This document shows positions 55,543 through 64,000 of a stretch of 64,000 nt of DNA, piece after piece. The translations under genes were made by a program, and so were the position numbers. Source of the stretch: a virus (lineage: Duplodnaviria > Caudoviricetes). Under the pieces are notes generated by a model that worked only from the letters and a program-made list of their open reading frames with translations, was not told the origin of the DNA and did no database searches. How positions within the stretch are numbered: the first letter of the stretch is position 1; the number at the start of each line of letters is the position of its first letter. The DNA is taken from positions 473-64,472 of the IMG/VR virus record IMGVR_UViG_3300035088_000004; one strand, 5' to 3'.

Positions 55543-55888
55543 CTTCAGCGACGGCGGCAAGTTTTGTGAGATCGAGCTTGATTCCATCTGTTTCACTCTG
55601 CGCAAACTTCAACCACTCAAGTAGATCTTTCTCAGTTTCCGGTATTCCATCCTTGATCCTTGCCCTGACAACGCGGTTGGTGATACGTAACCGTTCCGCT
55701 CGACTGGCAGTTGCTATCATCAGCGATAGTCGATCAACTTCAGCAGCAAAGGTTTCATCAGCCAACCAGTTGCGGATAGTACGATCAGTAACACCGATGT
55801 CTTTGGCCGTGTCCTGCTGCGTGTAGCCCTCAGCCAGCGCAAGAGCCGCCTTAGTTCGTTCTTCAGTCCATTCAAAAGCGGAAACCAT
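55469..55888 (-). CDS. terS: Terminase small subunit (HTH)
   Basis: HTH YTQQDTAKDIGVTDRTIRNW; overlaps start of terL. Confidence 0.8.
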   Translation of the reverse strand: MVSAFEWTEERTKAALALAEGYTQQDTAKDIGVTDRTIRNWLADETFAAEVDRLSLMIATASRAERLRITNRVVRARIKDGIPETEKDLLEWLKFAQSETDGIKLDLTKLAAVAEDGPSVADSGSNRSSDASSSGESVH

Positions 55889-55944
55889 TCGGAAATTATT
55901 TTATCCTCCACCTGTCCATCACTTCTCTTTGATCTTCACGTTGG

Positions 55945-56304
55945 TTACGCGACAGCTTGCTCCTTGGGCGGCAGAAACTTCTCACTGTTCCAACTCTCAA
56001 CAGCGAGTTGTGGAGTGAATCCCTGCGCACGACGGTCGGGACAAACGAGACAGCCAACTTCGTAGATGGTCATCGCCTGACCTTTGATTGCCACCTGCTG
56101 CTCCATGCCGTGGGGAGGGTTATCGCATGTCTTACATGCTTCAGCACCGGCTGAGATTGTCGCCACAAGTTCGGCTTGCAGTTGCTTGATCTTCTGCGAC
56201 AGTGGGTATAACTCAGCAGCAGCCACTGAGTTGACTTTGTCCTGATACTCCGCGCGGGCTGATTCGATTTCAGTTTTAATCTGCTTGATGTCTCGCATAT
56301 TCAC
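55945..56304 (-). CDS. Zinc-ribbon protein (Lar-like C-terminus)
   Basis: CKTC...VGCLVC...AVESWN. Confidence 0.6.
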   Translation of the reverse strand: MNMRDIKQIKTEIESARAEYQDKVNSVAAAELYPLSQKIKQLQAELVATISAGAEACKTCDNPPHGMEQQVAIKGQAMTIYEVGCLVCPDRRAQGFTPQLAVESWNSEKFLPPKEQAVA

Positions 56305-56307
56305 TCC

Positions 56308-56721
56308 CTACTGATGCGTAATTGCTCCACCGCTGCCGTCGAAGTCAACAGTAAAGGTCTCGCCGTTTGCTAAGCTGATTGATGAGCCGTAATCATAGAA
56401 TCCAACCAGCGGATCAAGTGGCGATGTTGGTGTGTTATTGAATAGCACCGCATAACGAAATGGACCAACGGCACCGGTTGCGGTGAGCACAAGATCAGCG
56501 AGAATGAGCTTGTAGATGCCGGAGGTTTGAACCGATGATGACGTTGTAACGTTACGACTCGACAGGTTGGTGTAGGAGATCTCGGTAATGTCGGCGATGA
56601 CTGAGTTCGCAGCAACGGGGGCCGTGTTCGTCAGTGCGATCGTGAATTGATCCGCGCCCATGTTATGGACCTTTTCATAAACGTCTTCTGCGAACTGATT
56701 AAACTTTTGGAAACTCGCCAT
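56308..56721 (-). CDS. Virion-associated beta-rich protein
   Basis: MASFQKFNQF...LVGFYDYGSSISLANGETFTVDF. Confidence 0.7.
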   Translation of the reverse strand: MASFQKFNQFAEDVYEKVHNMGADQFTIALTNTAPVAANSVIADITEISYTNLSSRNVTTSSSVQTSGIYKLILADLVLTATGAVGPFRYAVLFNNTPTSPLDPLVGFYDYGSSISLANGETFTVDFDGSGGAITHQ

Positions 56722-56730
56722 GTGATTCTC

Positions 56731-57087
56731 CTATCCCGCCTGCCTGACTTCCGGGATGATAGTCAGTTTACCCCGAGCCAGTGTGTGATCTGCGCCGTCG
56801 GTCAGATCGTAAAACAACACCACTGGAGGGCTGAGTTTGTTAGGCAACGCCTGCGTGTCGGCTTTATTGATCTCAATCTGTGCCTGTGCTGGCGTGTTGG
56901 CATCGCCTGCTACTGTCACTGCAATCCCTGCTCCGAGTGCTTTGGAAATGATTGCGTTGTCATCGGTGTCGTTAAGCTTCTTCTTAGCCGTGAAATGCAA
57001 TTCAGCAGCAGCGGTAAACGGCGTGATGACGGCGAGCAGCCGCTCGTTATCACCACGCTGGATTTCAAGATCCTGTTCTACGGCCAT
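56731..57087 (-). CDS. BppU-N-like Ig-fold protein
   Basis: LEIQRGDN...FTAK...ADTQAL...YDL...GKLTI. Confidence 0.7.
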   Translation of the reverse strand: MAVEQDLEIQRGDNERLLAVITPFTAAAELHFTAKKKLNDTDDNAIISKALGAGIAVTVAGDANTPAQAQIEINKADTQALPNKLSPPVVLFYDLTDGADHTLARGKLTIIPEVRQAG

Positions 57088-59153
57088 TTGGTAATAATCG
57101 CACTCGGTTTGTCGATAACTACGATAGTTGCAGCAGCCCGCGTGACTAAAGATAGCACGGCTGTAGGTTTTTCGACCACAGAAATGATTGCGAAGGGCTG
57201 GAGAGTAAGATCGATACCGCTGAAGTTAAGGGTGACGGACCCGCCGGAGAAGGTGAATAGTCCGGTTGCAACAGGGAGAGTGCGAGACGCTAACAGGTTG
57301 ACTGACTGACCGCCGAGAGCGAACAACCCCGACGCGGCAGTCAGCGTGCGGCTGGTTGTCAGTTGTGCGGGTTGTCCGGTGAACTGGTAGCTGCCGGATG
57401 TGGCAGTGAACACACGCGATGCTCTAAGTCCTGCAACGTTCCCGGTGGTGGTAAATGATCCTGCGTTGAGATGGAAAGATCTGGCAGCTAATAGCCCAAC
57501 ACTCTGCCCGCTGGACGTGAACGCTCCGGTGCTTGCTACGAGCGTTAGAGCGGCGGCTTGCGTGAGCGTTGCACCGTTACCTGCCAGGTTAAACGATCCA
57601 GTTATCGTGCTAAGTGATCGGGACGCTCTAAGGTTTGTAGTGGTTCCGGCTAAATTGAATGTGCCCACCACCCCCGACAAACGTCTGGACGCAATTAGAT
57701 TCGTTGTGTTGCCTGCCAATGAGAAAGATGCCACGGATGCAGCTAGTCTTCGTTGGTCCACCAGACCAGTAGTATTGCCTATGTAAGTGAAAGAGCCGGA
57801 TGTTACTGGCAGTCTTCTACCGAAGAGAAGGGATGCAGCATTACCGGCAAGGATAAAACCGCCCGAACTTGCGGCAAGCACATGATTGATTCGGAAAGAA
57901 ACAGCATTGCCAGTGAGGTTGAATGCGCCTGTTGCAGCGGAGAGGGTTAGCGATGAAATCTTAGTAAGTGTCGCGGCATTCCCGGTGAGATTAAATGGAC
58001 CAGTTGTCGTTGCAAGAGCGCGCGATGCTCGCAACCCGGCGCTCTGACCTGTTTGTGTGAAGCTGCCGGATGTAACGGATAGTAACACAGTCCTTCGCAA
58101 ACCCGCTGCATTGCCAGATAGAATGAAAGCCCCTGTAACCACGGACGCACGAAAGCCGTGTGATAGAGATGCTGCTACACCGCTTTCAGTAAACGGTGCG
58201 GTTGTTGCCGTGAGTTTGCGTGCAGCTAGCAATCCCGCCACATTACCTGTCTCAGTAAATGGACCAGCTACAGCAGCCAGCTTATGCCCAACAGTCAACC
58301 CCGCGCTGTTCCCTGTCTCATTAAACACGCCTGTCGTAACAGATAGTTTATGGCCGAGCTTGAGATTCGCTGTATTCCCTGTTGCTGAGAACGTGCCGGT
58401 TGACGTAGTGAGACGATGATCGACTCTGAGTGCGGCCGCGTTACCAGTTGACGTGAACGCTCCGGTGGACGCGACAAGGTAGTATGCTGCCGTTGCCGCA
58501 TCAATCAACTCCCTGTCAAACCAGCCGATTGCCACAAGGTCGCCGTCAAACCAAACATCCCCGCGTAGTTCAGCGTCGAACACAGCAATGTTCACGGGGA
58601 CCGGGGTTGCTGTAACTACCTCTTCGACTGAGACGTGCGCGAGGGTCGAGAAGCCTGACTGTACGCCGGGTGAGCCGATGACGACGAAGAGGGTAGTGGA
58701 GGCGAAGACGGCTTCAAGATAGGTGTTACTAGCGGGCCATGCGGCTGCTGACCAGTCAGTCCCGTTAGCGTCGTCGTAGTGCCCTGCTGCTGTGCCGCCG
58801 GTATCGTCAATCGTCGCGATGACAGTTGTGTTGTCGAGGATCTGCGCGTACTGGTAAGCCTGCGATCCGGTGTCACCTAAGCCGAGACGGACACGACAGG
58901 TGGCAGTGTTGGGTAAGTCGATTCGCAGGGTGGATTGGGCACTGTTGTTGCTTTTGTAGTTGATGCCTGCGATGCGACGATCAGCACCGGAGTCGCGATC
59001 GGCAGCCCCGGTGAGTAGGCCAGCCGACCAGCCGAAGGTTGCGCCGCCGCGTGTTGTCGGGTAGTTGTCACCTGCCAGGATGTAAGTCTCGTTCGTCCCA
59101 TCGGTAACGAAGGTCGAGGTGGAACGACAGTTTATTCCGATTGCAAAAGGCAT
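57078..59153 (-). CDS. Fibre-like protein with ~19 tandem 22-aa repeats
   Basis: Repeat LxxxxGxFxxxGxxxxLxxxRx. Confidence 0.8.
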   Translation of the reverse strand: MPFAIGINCRSTSTFVTDGTNETYILAGDNYPTTRGGATFGWSAGLLTGAADRDSGADRRIAGINYKSNNSAQSTLRIDLPNTATCRVRLGLGDTGSQAYQYAQILDNTTVIATIDDTGGTAAGHYDDANGTDWSAAAWPASNTYLEAVFASTTLFVVIGSPGVQSGFSTLAHVSVEEVVTATPVPVNIAVFDAELRGDVWFDGDLVAIGWFDRELIDAATAAYYLVASTGAFTSTGNAAALRVDHRLTTSTGTFSATGNTANLKLGHKLSVTTGVFNETGNSAGLTVGHKLAAVAGPFTETGNVAGLLAARKLTATTAPFTESGVAASLSHGFRASVVTGAFILSGNAAGLRRTVLLSVTSGSFTQTGQSAGLRASRALATTTGPFNLTGNAATLTKISSLTLSAATGAFNLTGNAVSFRINHVLAASSGGFILAGNAASLLFGRRLPVTSGSFTYIGNTTGLVDQRRLAASVASFSLAGNTTNLIASRRLSGVVGTFNLAGTTTNLRASRSLSTITGSFNLAGNGATLTQAAALTLVASTGAFTSSGQSVGLLAARSFHLNAGSFTTTGNVAGLRASRVFTATSGSYQFTGQPAQLTTSRTLTAASGLFALGGQSVNLLASRTLPVATGLFTFSGGSVTLNFSGIDLTLQPFAIISVVEKPTAVLSLVTRAAATIVVIDKPSAIITKWP

Positions 59154-59549
59154 CTAGAACACTCGATCGTGTGCGGCAACCATACTGAGAATTGAGTTGC
59201 CCATTGAAGTGATGTCCGCTGCTGAAGTGATTACCGCCGCTTGTTGAAAGTTGGCTGCCGCTTTTAATTCGCTGTAGATGTCTTGAGCCTCAGTTGCCGA
59301 GAGTGAGAGAGCGGCTAAGCCCGCCTGCGCACTGGCCCATAGCGCCGGGGTGGTGCGGATTCGCAAAGCCCAGCCTAAGCGGATCTGATACTGCGCAGCA
59401 TCGGCGGTAATCACCGTTGCAATCTGCTGCACCGTGCGATTGGCCGTCGCGGCGATATACGCCGACGCGTTCGCCCGCATATCAGCCCGCAGATTCTCAA
59501 AGTTCATGTGAGTTTGAAAGACCAGCAAGATGTCTGCGAAAGTTGCCAT
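59154..59549 (-). CDS. Hypothetical helical protein
   Basis: SD GGGAG. Confidence 0.7.
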   Translation of the reverse strand: MATFADILLVFQTHMNFENLRADMRANASAYIAATANRTVQQIATVITADAAQYQIRLGWALRIRTTPALWASAQAGLAALSLSATEAQDIYSELKAAANFQQAAVITSAADITSMGNSILSMVAAHDRVF

Positions 59550-59570
59550 TGGTAGTCACTCCCTTGCCTG

Positions 59571-59607
59571 AAAACTAAAAGAGCCGGGCCGTTGAGTAGC
59601 CCGACCC
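59571..59607 (-). terminator. Intrinsic terminator
   Basis: GGGTCGGGC-loop-GCCCGGCTC-TTTTAGTTTT. Confidence 0.65.
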
Positions 59608-59640
59608 GTTGGGTAGTCGATTCGTCTATCAGCCTACAAC

Positions 59641-60483
59641 CTAATTATCAACTTCCCAGATTCTCAGCCATGAACCCGCCTTAACAGTTAGGCCGGACGC
59701 CACGGCAACCTCCGATGCGCAGCGAATTGCAAACGTACCGTCAGCAGAGGGTTGAATGAATCCAGACAGGATTGCCAGCATATTCACCGCACCTGGGCCA
59801 GTTGTTTCAACTACCGCCGCCGTATCTCGCGCTGTTACCATCGCACTGCTACCGTAAGCGGCGGCTGTGACGCTGGAGGTTATCTGCTGAATCGCGCAGA
59901 GATCCAAAACGGTTGGAGCCGCGCCGATATTGACGCCAAACTGCGCGCCGGTAGTAGTCGCGTTAGTCTGGTGGTAGAGATGACACTCAAAAGCGTACTT
60001 CTTGCCGCTGAGCAAGTTCTGCGTTAGCCCGGTAACATCAGCGAATGAAGTCGTCGCGTTGACCACATCGCTGACCACTCGCAACTTAGCGTCGAGCTTC
60101 GGCGTCGTGACTCGCTCCACACCGTTGACATCGAACACTCGAAAACCAACACCTTCGACAAACGATGACCGTTCACCTGCGAGTAACGTCACCTCGTGCA
60201 GCTTGATTACGTTCGTCCCGTCAGTATGATTAACCGTCACCAGCACCGAGCTTGAGGCGTGGACGTTAGCGATGTGCAGTTGTTTGACGTTGCGGATGGT
60301 GCTGGCTGCCGGTGAGGCAACGATGTCGGTTGTCGTGGCGGTGACGATCTTCGAGTTGGTACGGCCCGGAGTCGCTACTGCCGGGGAACCAGTGATGTCA
60401 ACCCAACTGGCATGGACATCGACATCGACGGCTGCGTTGGTTACGAGACGAATCTTGTCGGAGGTTGATGTAAGTAATAGCAC
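59641..60483 (-). CDS. Two-domain beta-rich virion (fibre-like) protein
   Basis: 280 aa, Thr/Val/Ala rich, ...LTVKAGSWLRI. Confidence 0.7.
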   Translation of the reverse strand: MLLLTSTSDKIRLVTNAAVDVDVHASWVDITGSPAVATPGRTNSKIVTATTTDIVASPAASTIRNVKQLHIANVHASSSVLVTVNHTDGTNVIKLHEVTLLAGERSSFVEGVGFRVFDVNGVERVTTPKLDAKLRVVSDVVNATTSFADVTGLTQNLLSGKKYAFECHLYHQTNATTTGAQFGVNIGAAPTVLDLCAIQQITSSVTAAAYGSSAMVTARDTAAVVETTGPGAVNMLAILSGFIQPSADGTFAIRCASEVAVASGLTVKAGSWLRIWEVDN

Positions 60484-60588
60484 CGCGATAGAAGCTAAGC
60501 TATTACCAGCGGTTTAGGCAAGGGGATTGTTTGGTGATTGCGATGGTTGCCCGTGCTTCACGAATGTTTTCGTATTCGTAATCGTGTT

Positions 60589-60840
60589 TCATCGTAACCA
60601 CCCCTGCACTACAACCGTCACGATCAGCAATAGGAAGTAGATTGCAACTACACTCCAACGTGATAATAAACGCAGAATGTAAACAATGAACCATGCGGCG
60701 ATTGCCGGAATAACGCTGACGAACGCCGCGTAGCCGAGACGTGGGAAGGGGCTGCGACCAGAGAGGAGCGCGTAGATGAGCAGTGTCAAGGTGAAAGTGA
60801 TCACCGTTGCTGCTGTTAGTATTCGTCCGCGTTGACTCAT
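60589..60840 (-). CDS. Three-TM membrane protein
   Basis: Three hydrophobic segments. Confidence 0.65.
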   Translation of the reverse strand: MSQRGRILTAATVITFTLTLLIYALLSGRSPFPRLGYAAFVSVIPAIAAWFIVYILRLLSRWSVVAIYFLLLIVTVVVQGWLR

Positions 60841-60894
60841 CGCTTCTGTCGCCCTATTCCCTCACCCGCCAGTGGCGGGTCGGGTTGTTGCTAG

Positions 60895-61053
60895 TTAGCT
60901 GTCATCCTCATCGTCGAATTCGTTGAAGTCTTCCAAGGTTGCGCCGGAACAATCCAGACATAGAAAACCATTCGCGCTGCCAGCGTCTGAAAGGACCGCA
61001 ACTATCGCCGCGCCGCAACTCTCGCATTTCGGTTCTCTTTTACGTCTATCCAT
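60895..61053 (-). CDS. Small zinc-finger protein (52 aa)
   Basis: Manual ORF CESC...CLDC with acidic tail. Confidence 0.55.
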   Translation of the reverse strand: MDRRKREPKCESCGAAIVAVLSDAGSANGFLCLDCSGATLEDFNEFDDEDDS

Positions 61054-61058
61054 CTCTC

Positions 61059-61253
61059 TCACCTCTGCGACGGGCGCGCGGTTGCGTTGCGTGGGTAATC
61101 CTTCGGTTCGTAAGTTTCCAGTGCCCGCTCCTCAATCAAATACCATCCCGGCGCGATGATCTTCGCCTTGAGCCGCTTATCCTTAATCGCTTTGTGGACA
61201 GCTTGGCGGCTGATTCCAAGTCGTTCCGCTGCCTGTGATGGTGTTAGTGCCAT
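61059..61253 (-). CDS. HTH_17/excisionase-like DNA-binding protein, leaderless
   Basis: LTPSQAAERLGISRQAVHKAIKDKRLKA...GWYLI. Confidence 0.85.
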   Translation of the reverse strand: MALTPSQAAERLGISRQAVHKAIKDKRLKAKIIAPGWYLIEERALETYEPKDYPRNATARPSQR

Positions 61254-61260
61254 GAACGGG

Positions 61261-61360
61261 ATATTACTCGTCTTTGTTTACCGTGTCAAGATACCAGTTG
61301 AAAATAATTTACATAGATGACAAGATTTATGTTGACAACGTAAACTAACAGGAGTACCAT
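61261..61360. promoter_or_regulatory. Divergent promoter pair sharing operator TTGACAnnGTAAAC
   Basis: -: TTGACA(61289)-17-TAATAT; +: TTGACA(61332)-17-TACCAT. Confidence 0.8.
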
Positions 61361-61396
61361 GCAGATTGTTTGATTGCCGAGTGAGAGGAGATTGAG

Positions 61397-61606
61397 ATGA
61401 TGGCAACACGAATTGACGAAGTTGTACGAATTCCTTTTTCAGACCTAATTAGCCATGACGTTGAGTGGCTTAACGACTACGTATCCGAGCAGATCACAGG
61501 CAGTCGGGTAGCCCTTGAAGACATTGGCTATAAGGCCGAATCCGTGGACGGTGATCAGATTGTGCTACGTGTAAACGGCGAAGTTAACGAAGCCGGAGAG
61601 GAGTAG
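61397..61606 (+). CDS. Hypothetical early protein
   Basis: SD GAGGAG. Confidence 0.7.
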   Translation: MMATRIDEVVRIPFSDLISHDVEWLNDYVSEQITGSRVALEDIGYKAESVDGDQIVLRVNGEVNEAGEE

Positions 61607-61653
61607 GACCACCTTCACGATGAACGAGATGGAGGGAAGGGGAAGAGGAGACG

Positions 61654-61911
61654 ATGATGGACACGCAATGCTGTGACATTTGTGCGCTGAATCACACAAC
61701 CGACGATCACTACAGTATCAGGCCGATTAAGGTCAAGGCGTTTCGACGTGCGGATCTAACAGATACCGAAAAGTCTTACATCAACGAACTGTGGCACTTG
61801 AGCCGAGTTGAAAGTCGTGAACGCCATGCGCGTATGTCTTATGTCGCTAAGTGGTTTCGACGTAAGTTTACAACTACCGACTACAGTGACAAAGCACTTT
61901 TAGTTCACTGA
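61654..61911 (+). CDS. Hypothetical protein
   Basis: SD GAGGAG. Confidence 0.6.
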   Translation: MMDTQCCDICALNHTTDDHYSIRPIKVKAFRRADLTDTEKSYINELWHLSRVESRERHARMSYVAKWFRRKFTTTDYSDKALLVH

Positions 61912-61951
61912 ATCCAGCTAACCATCCCTTCACCTTGGGAGACGAAAGGAA

Positions 61952-62152
61952 TTGATGATGATGGAGACGATGACGGTTACTAATCCATACTCCGAATGGC
62001 AGCGAGTGTCGGACATAAACCGCTGGCGCTGCTACGTGTCGCTCTGGCGCAAAGAGCAGGTTGAGCGACATCTGTGTGATGAGTGTCACGCGGCAGGGTT
62101 TGTGGCTGATGACGGGATTTCCAGCGCCGATCCATATCCAACATCAGACTGA
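61952..62152 (+). CDS. Hypothetical protein
   Basis: SD AAGGA; start uncertain. Confidence 0.5.
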   Translation: MMMMETMTVTNPYSEWQRVSDINRWRCYVSLWRKEQVERHLCDECHAAGFVADDGISSADPYPTSD

Positions 62153-62220
62153 CAGGTAAAAACGTCCTGACGGGGCAAGAAACGCTGAAAACAAGCTACC
62201 AGACTGAGAGGAGACAACCA

Positions 62221-62691
62221 ATGTTCAACGATGAGAGTTATCGAAATGCGGTGCTGGCGAGAGGGGGGAGGAAACAGGAAGTTTGCGGAGTGGCAAATCC
62301 CGGCGGCGTTCCGTGTACAAAGCCGAAAGGCCACGAGGTCGGGCACGACATGGCAAGCTACGGACCTGAGACGCCAACTCAACCCGCGCCGGCTGGTGGC
62401 GAGTGGCGCGTTGAAGCTGAGCCTGTACACGGTTGGCGGGTGATTGAAAGCGCAACCGGACGGAAAGTCGCGGGGAATATCTACTACGAGGAAGACGCGC
62501 GGCAGATCGTCGCCGAGCACAACGCGATGCCGAAGCTGGTGGAGGCGTTGCAAGAGCTTGTAGATCTCATGGAAGAAGTCAGGCAGGGAGAATATGTGCC
62601 GGATTCGTTTACTACACAGCCTGCGCGTATCGCCCTCGCAGCACTAGCAACCACCACCCAGCCGGACGCGGGGGAGGGGCAGGAGCAATGA
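62221..62691 (+). CDS. Hypothetical early protein (DARQIVAEHNAMPKLVEAL)
   Basis: SD GAGGAG. Confidence 0.7.
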   Translation: MFNDESYRNAVLARGGRKQEVCGVANPGGVPCTKPKGHEVGHDMASYGPETPTQPAPAGGEWRVEAEPVHGWRVIESATGRKVAGNIYYEEDARQIVAEHNAMPKLVEALQELVDLMEEVRQGEYVPDSFTTQPARIALAALATTTQPDAGEGQEQ

Positions 62692-62924
62692 TTACCTACG
62701 AAGAATTTACTACGCCGCGCGGCAAGTGGGAAATACGGGTCAAATTGAACAAGAAACCTGTCGGGGCAATCCGCCTAGCCGAAGGAGGCTTTCGCTACTT
62801 TCCACGCGGAGCTAAGCGAGGATTTGCAGGCGAGTTGTTCAAGACCGTCCGTGAAGTCCAACACAGCCTGGAGAATGACAGTGATGATGACACAACCACC
62901 AGCAGACAGGAGCGGGAGGGATAA
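62688..62924 (+). CDS. Hypothetical protein
   Basis: Coupled ORF. Confidence 0.65.
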   Translation: MITYEEFTTPRGKWEIRVKLNKKPVGAIRLAEGGFRYFPRGAKRGFAGELFKTVREVQHSLENDSDDDTTTSRQEREG

Positions 62925-63202
62925 TGAAGACGATTTGGAAGTTTCCACTTGCGATGGTAAGTCCGCAGCGAGTTGATATGCCGGAGGGCGCGCAGATCCT
63001 GACGGTACAAGCTCAAGGTGATTTCGGTTGCATATGGGCGCTGGTTGATCCCGACGTGGAGAAACAATCTCACTACTTCGAGATCTATGGCACGGGTCAA
63101 GTCGTGACAGACGATGGAGTAACTGAGCGCCCCTATGTAGGTACGTTTCAGACAGACCAATTCGTCTGGCATGTGTTTGAGAGAGTCGATGAACAACAGT
63201 GA
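62924..63202 (+). CDS. Phage protein (KTIWKFPL...WALVDP...YVGT...VWHVF)
   Basis: SD GGAGG; motif familiar from phage proteins. Confidence 0.75.
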   Translation: MKTIWKFPLAMVSPQRVDMPEGAQILTVQAQGDFGCIWALVDPDVEKQSHYFEIYGTGQVVTDDGVTERPYVGTFQTDQFVWHVFERVDEQQ

Positions 63203-63242
63203 TCGCTGCCGGGAGCTGTACGAATTGTGGGGTGGAGTTGCA

Positions 63243-63626
63243 ATGAGTGTCACTGTCACCTGTCCCTACTGCAACTCTGCCGCACGGCTTGTCACTGGCG
63301 CTGTGATCTACCCACATCGATCCGATCTGCACAAGAAGAGGTTTTACCTCTGCGCGCCGTGTCAGGCTTGGGTCGGCTGTCATCCCGGCACTGAGCGACC
63401 GCTGGGCAGGCTGGCTGATGAACAACTACGGGCAGCCAGAGTCCGTGCCCACGCCTACTTCGACCAACTCTGGCAGTCGGGACAGATGAAGCGGAAAGAT
63501 GCCTACGCCTGGTTAGCCGAGCAACTGGGAATCGAGGTGAAGAAATGTCATATCAGTTGGTTCGACGTGCAGCAGTGTGAGCGGGTGGTAGAAGCGTGTC
63601 AAAACATCCCAATTTCATCAGATTGA
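63243..63626 (+). CDS. DUF3268-like zinc-finger protein
   Basis: CPYC...CAPCQAWVGCHPGT.RPLGRLAD...AHAYFDQLW. Confidence 0.8.
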   Translation: MSVTVTCPYCNSAARLVTGAVIYPHRSDLHKKRFYLCAPCQAWVGCHPGTERPLGRLADEQLRAARVRAHAYFDQLWQSGQMKRKDAYAWLAEQLGIEVKKCHISWFDVQQCERVVEACQNIPISSD

Positions 63627-63656
63627 CCGCTGTGTTATTCATTGTTGTTCCGACTG

Positions 63657-63767
63657 TAGGGAGGCAAGGGAGGGTTAACCTATTTACCTGCTATATTTTA
63701 CCTCGCGTAGCGCGATAGTAATAGACTATAAATAGAGAATGCCTCCCTATCCTCCCTATCCTCCCTA
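63657..63767. repeat. Opposed 9-bp iterons around an AT-rich core; candidate replication origin
   Basis: AGGGAGG x2 and CCTCCCTA x3. Confidence 0.6.
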
Positions 63768-63776
63768 GTTGTACGA

Positions 63777-64000
63777 TTACGAGGCACTTAGTTTAAGCCC
63801 GCGATAGTAAACGTTGCCAATCTTGACTTTATGGAATCCAAGGCGCTGCATTTCTTCTGAGAAGCGAGGCGAGGCAAGGGGTTTATGGCCGGTGTCGGAG
63901 CACCATTCGCGATAAGTCTCATACAACTTTTGCGCTTGTATTCGCTCGGTAGAATCGGCCTCGCAACGCTCCTCAACAAACATCCTCGGAATATCATTGT
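63777..64000 (-). CDS. C-terminal winged helix of the D5/P4 helicase (continues off right edge)
   Basis: FVEERC...LYETYREWC...FSEEMQRLGF...YYRGLKL. Confidence 0.85.
   Translation of the reverse strand, partial: NDIPRMFVEERCEADSTERIQAQKLYETYREWCSDTGHKPLASPRFSEEMQRLGFHKVKIGNVYYRGLKLSAS

Noticed and set aside
36050-60517. Many 60-220 aa antisense or alternate-frame ORFs over virion genes
   Set aside because: Shadow ORFs of GC-rich coding sequence with no SD or recognisable motifs.
1-64000. Integrase, att site or flanking host DNA
   Set aside because: No tyrosine or serine recombinase motifs and no bacterial housekeeping context seen, so lifestyle and host remain undetermined.

Overview
The window is almost a whole ~64 kb tailed (siphovirus-type) dsDNA phage genome, apparently circular or permuted: a D5/P4-type SF3 helicase runs off the left edge (- strand) and its C-terminal end reappears at the right edge. 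Three divergent sigma70-type promoter pairs (~900, ~33800, ~61300) each drive a rightward block of small early genes and a leftward operon that starts with a leaderless HTH gene. The leftward operons are the helicase, a membrane/secreted/lysis-like cluster, and the virion genes. Recognisable genes include a PD-(D/E)XK nuclease, a Sak4-like ATPase, an SSB-like protein, two RusA-like proteins, a beta clamp, an SNF2 helicase-methyltransferase fusion, an RNA ligase, terminases, portal, capsid, tail proteins and an SGNH fibre. I recognise no integrase, primase domain, DNA polymerase or endolysin. Two things stand out. (1) An unexplained non-coding RNA repertoire: a tandem array of eight sequence-unrelated, stem-closed structured RNA units (25418-26154), a ~400-nt structured RNA (22105-22498) and two tRNA-shaped RNAs with remodelled anticodon arms (21664-21740, 48703-48800), in a phage that encodes an RNA ligase. 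(2) A 3728-bp IS903-like cargo transposon (29755-33482) with a 9-bp TSD, multi-site ends, a SWIM-finger DDE transposase, a protease cargo and a structured interior, inserted exactly on a stop-codon/RBS junction. All structures were read by eye. No folding or database search was run.
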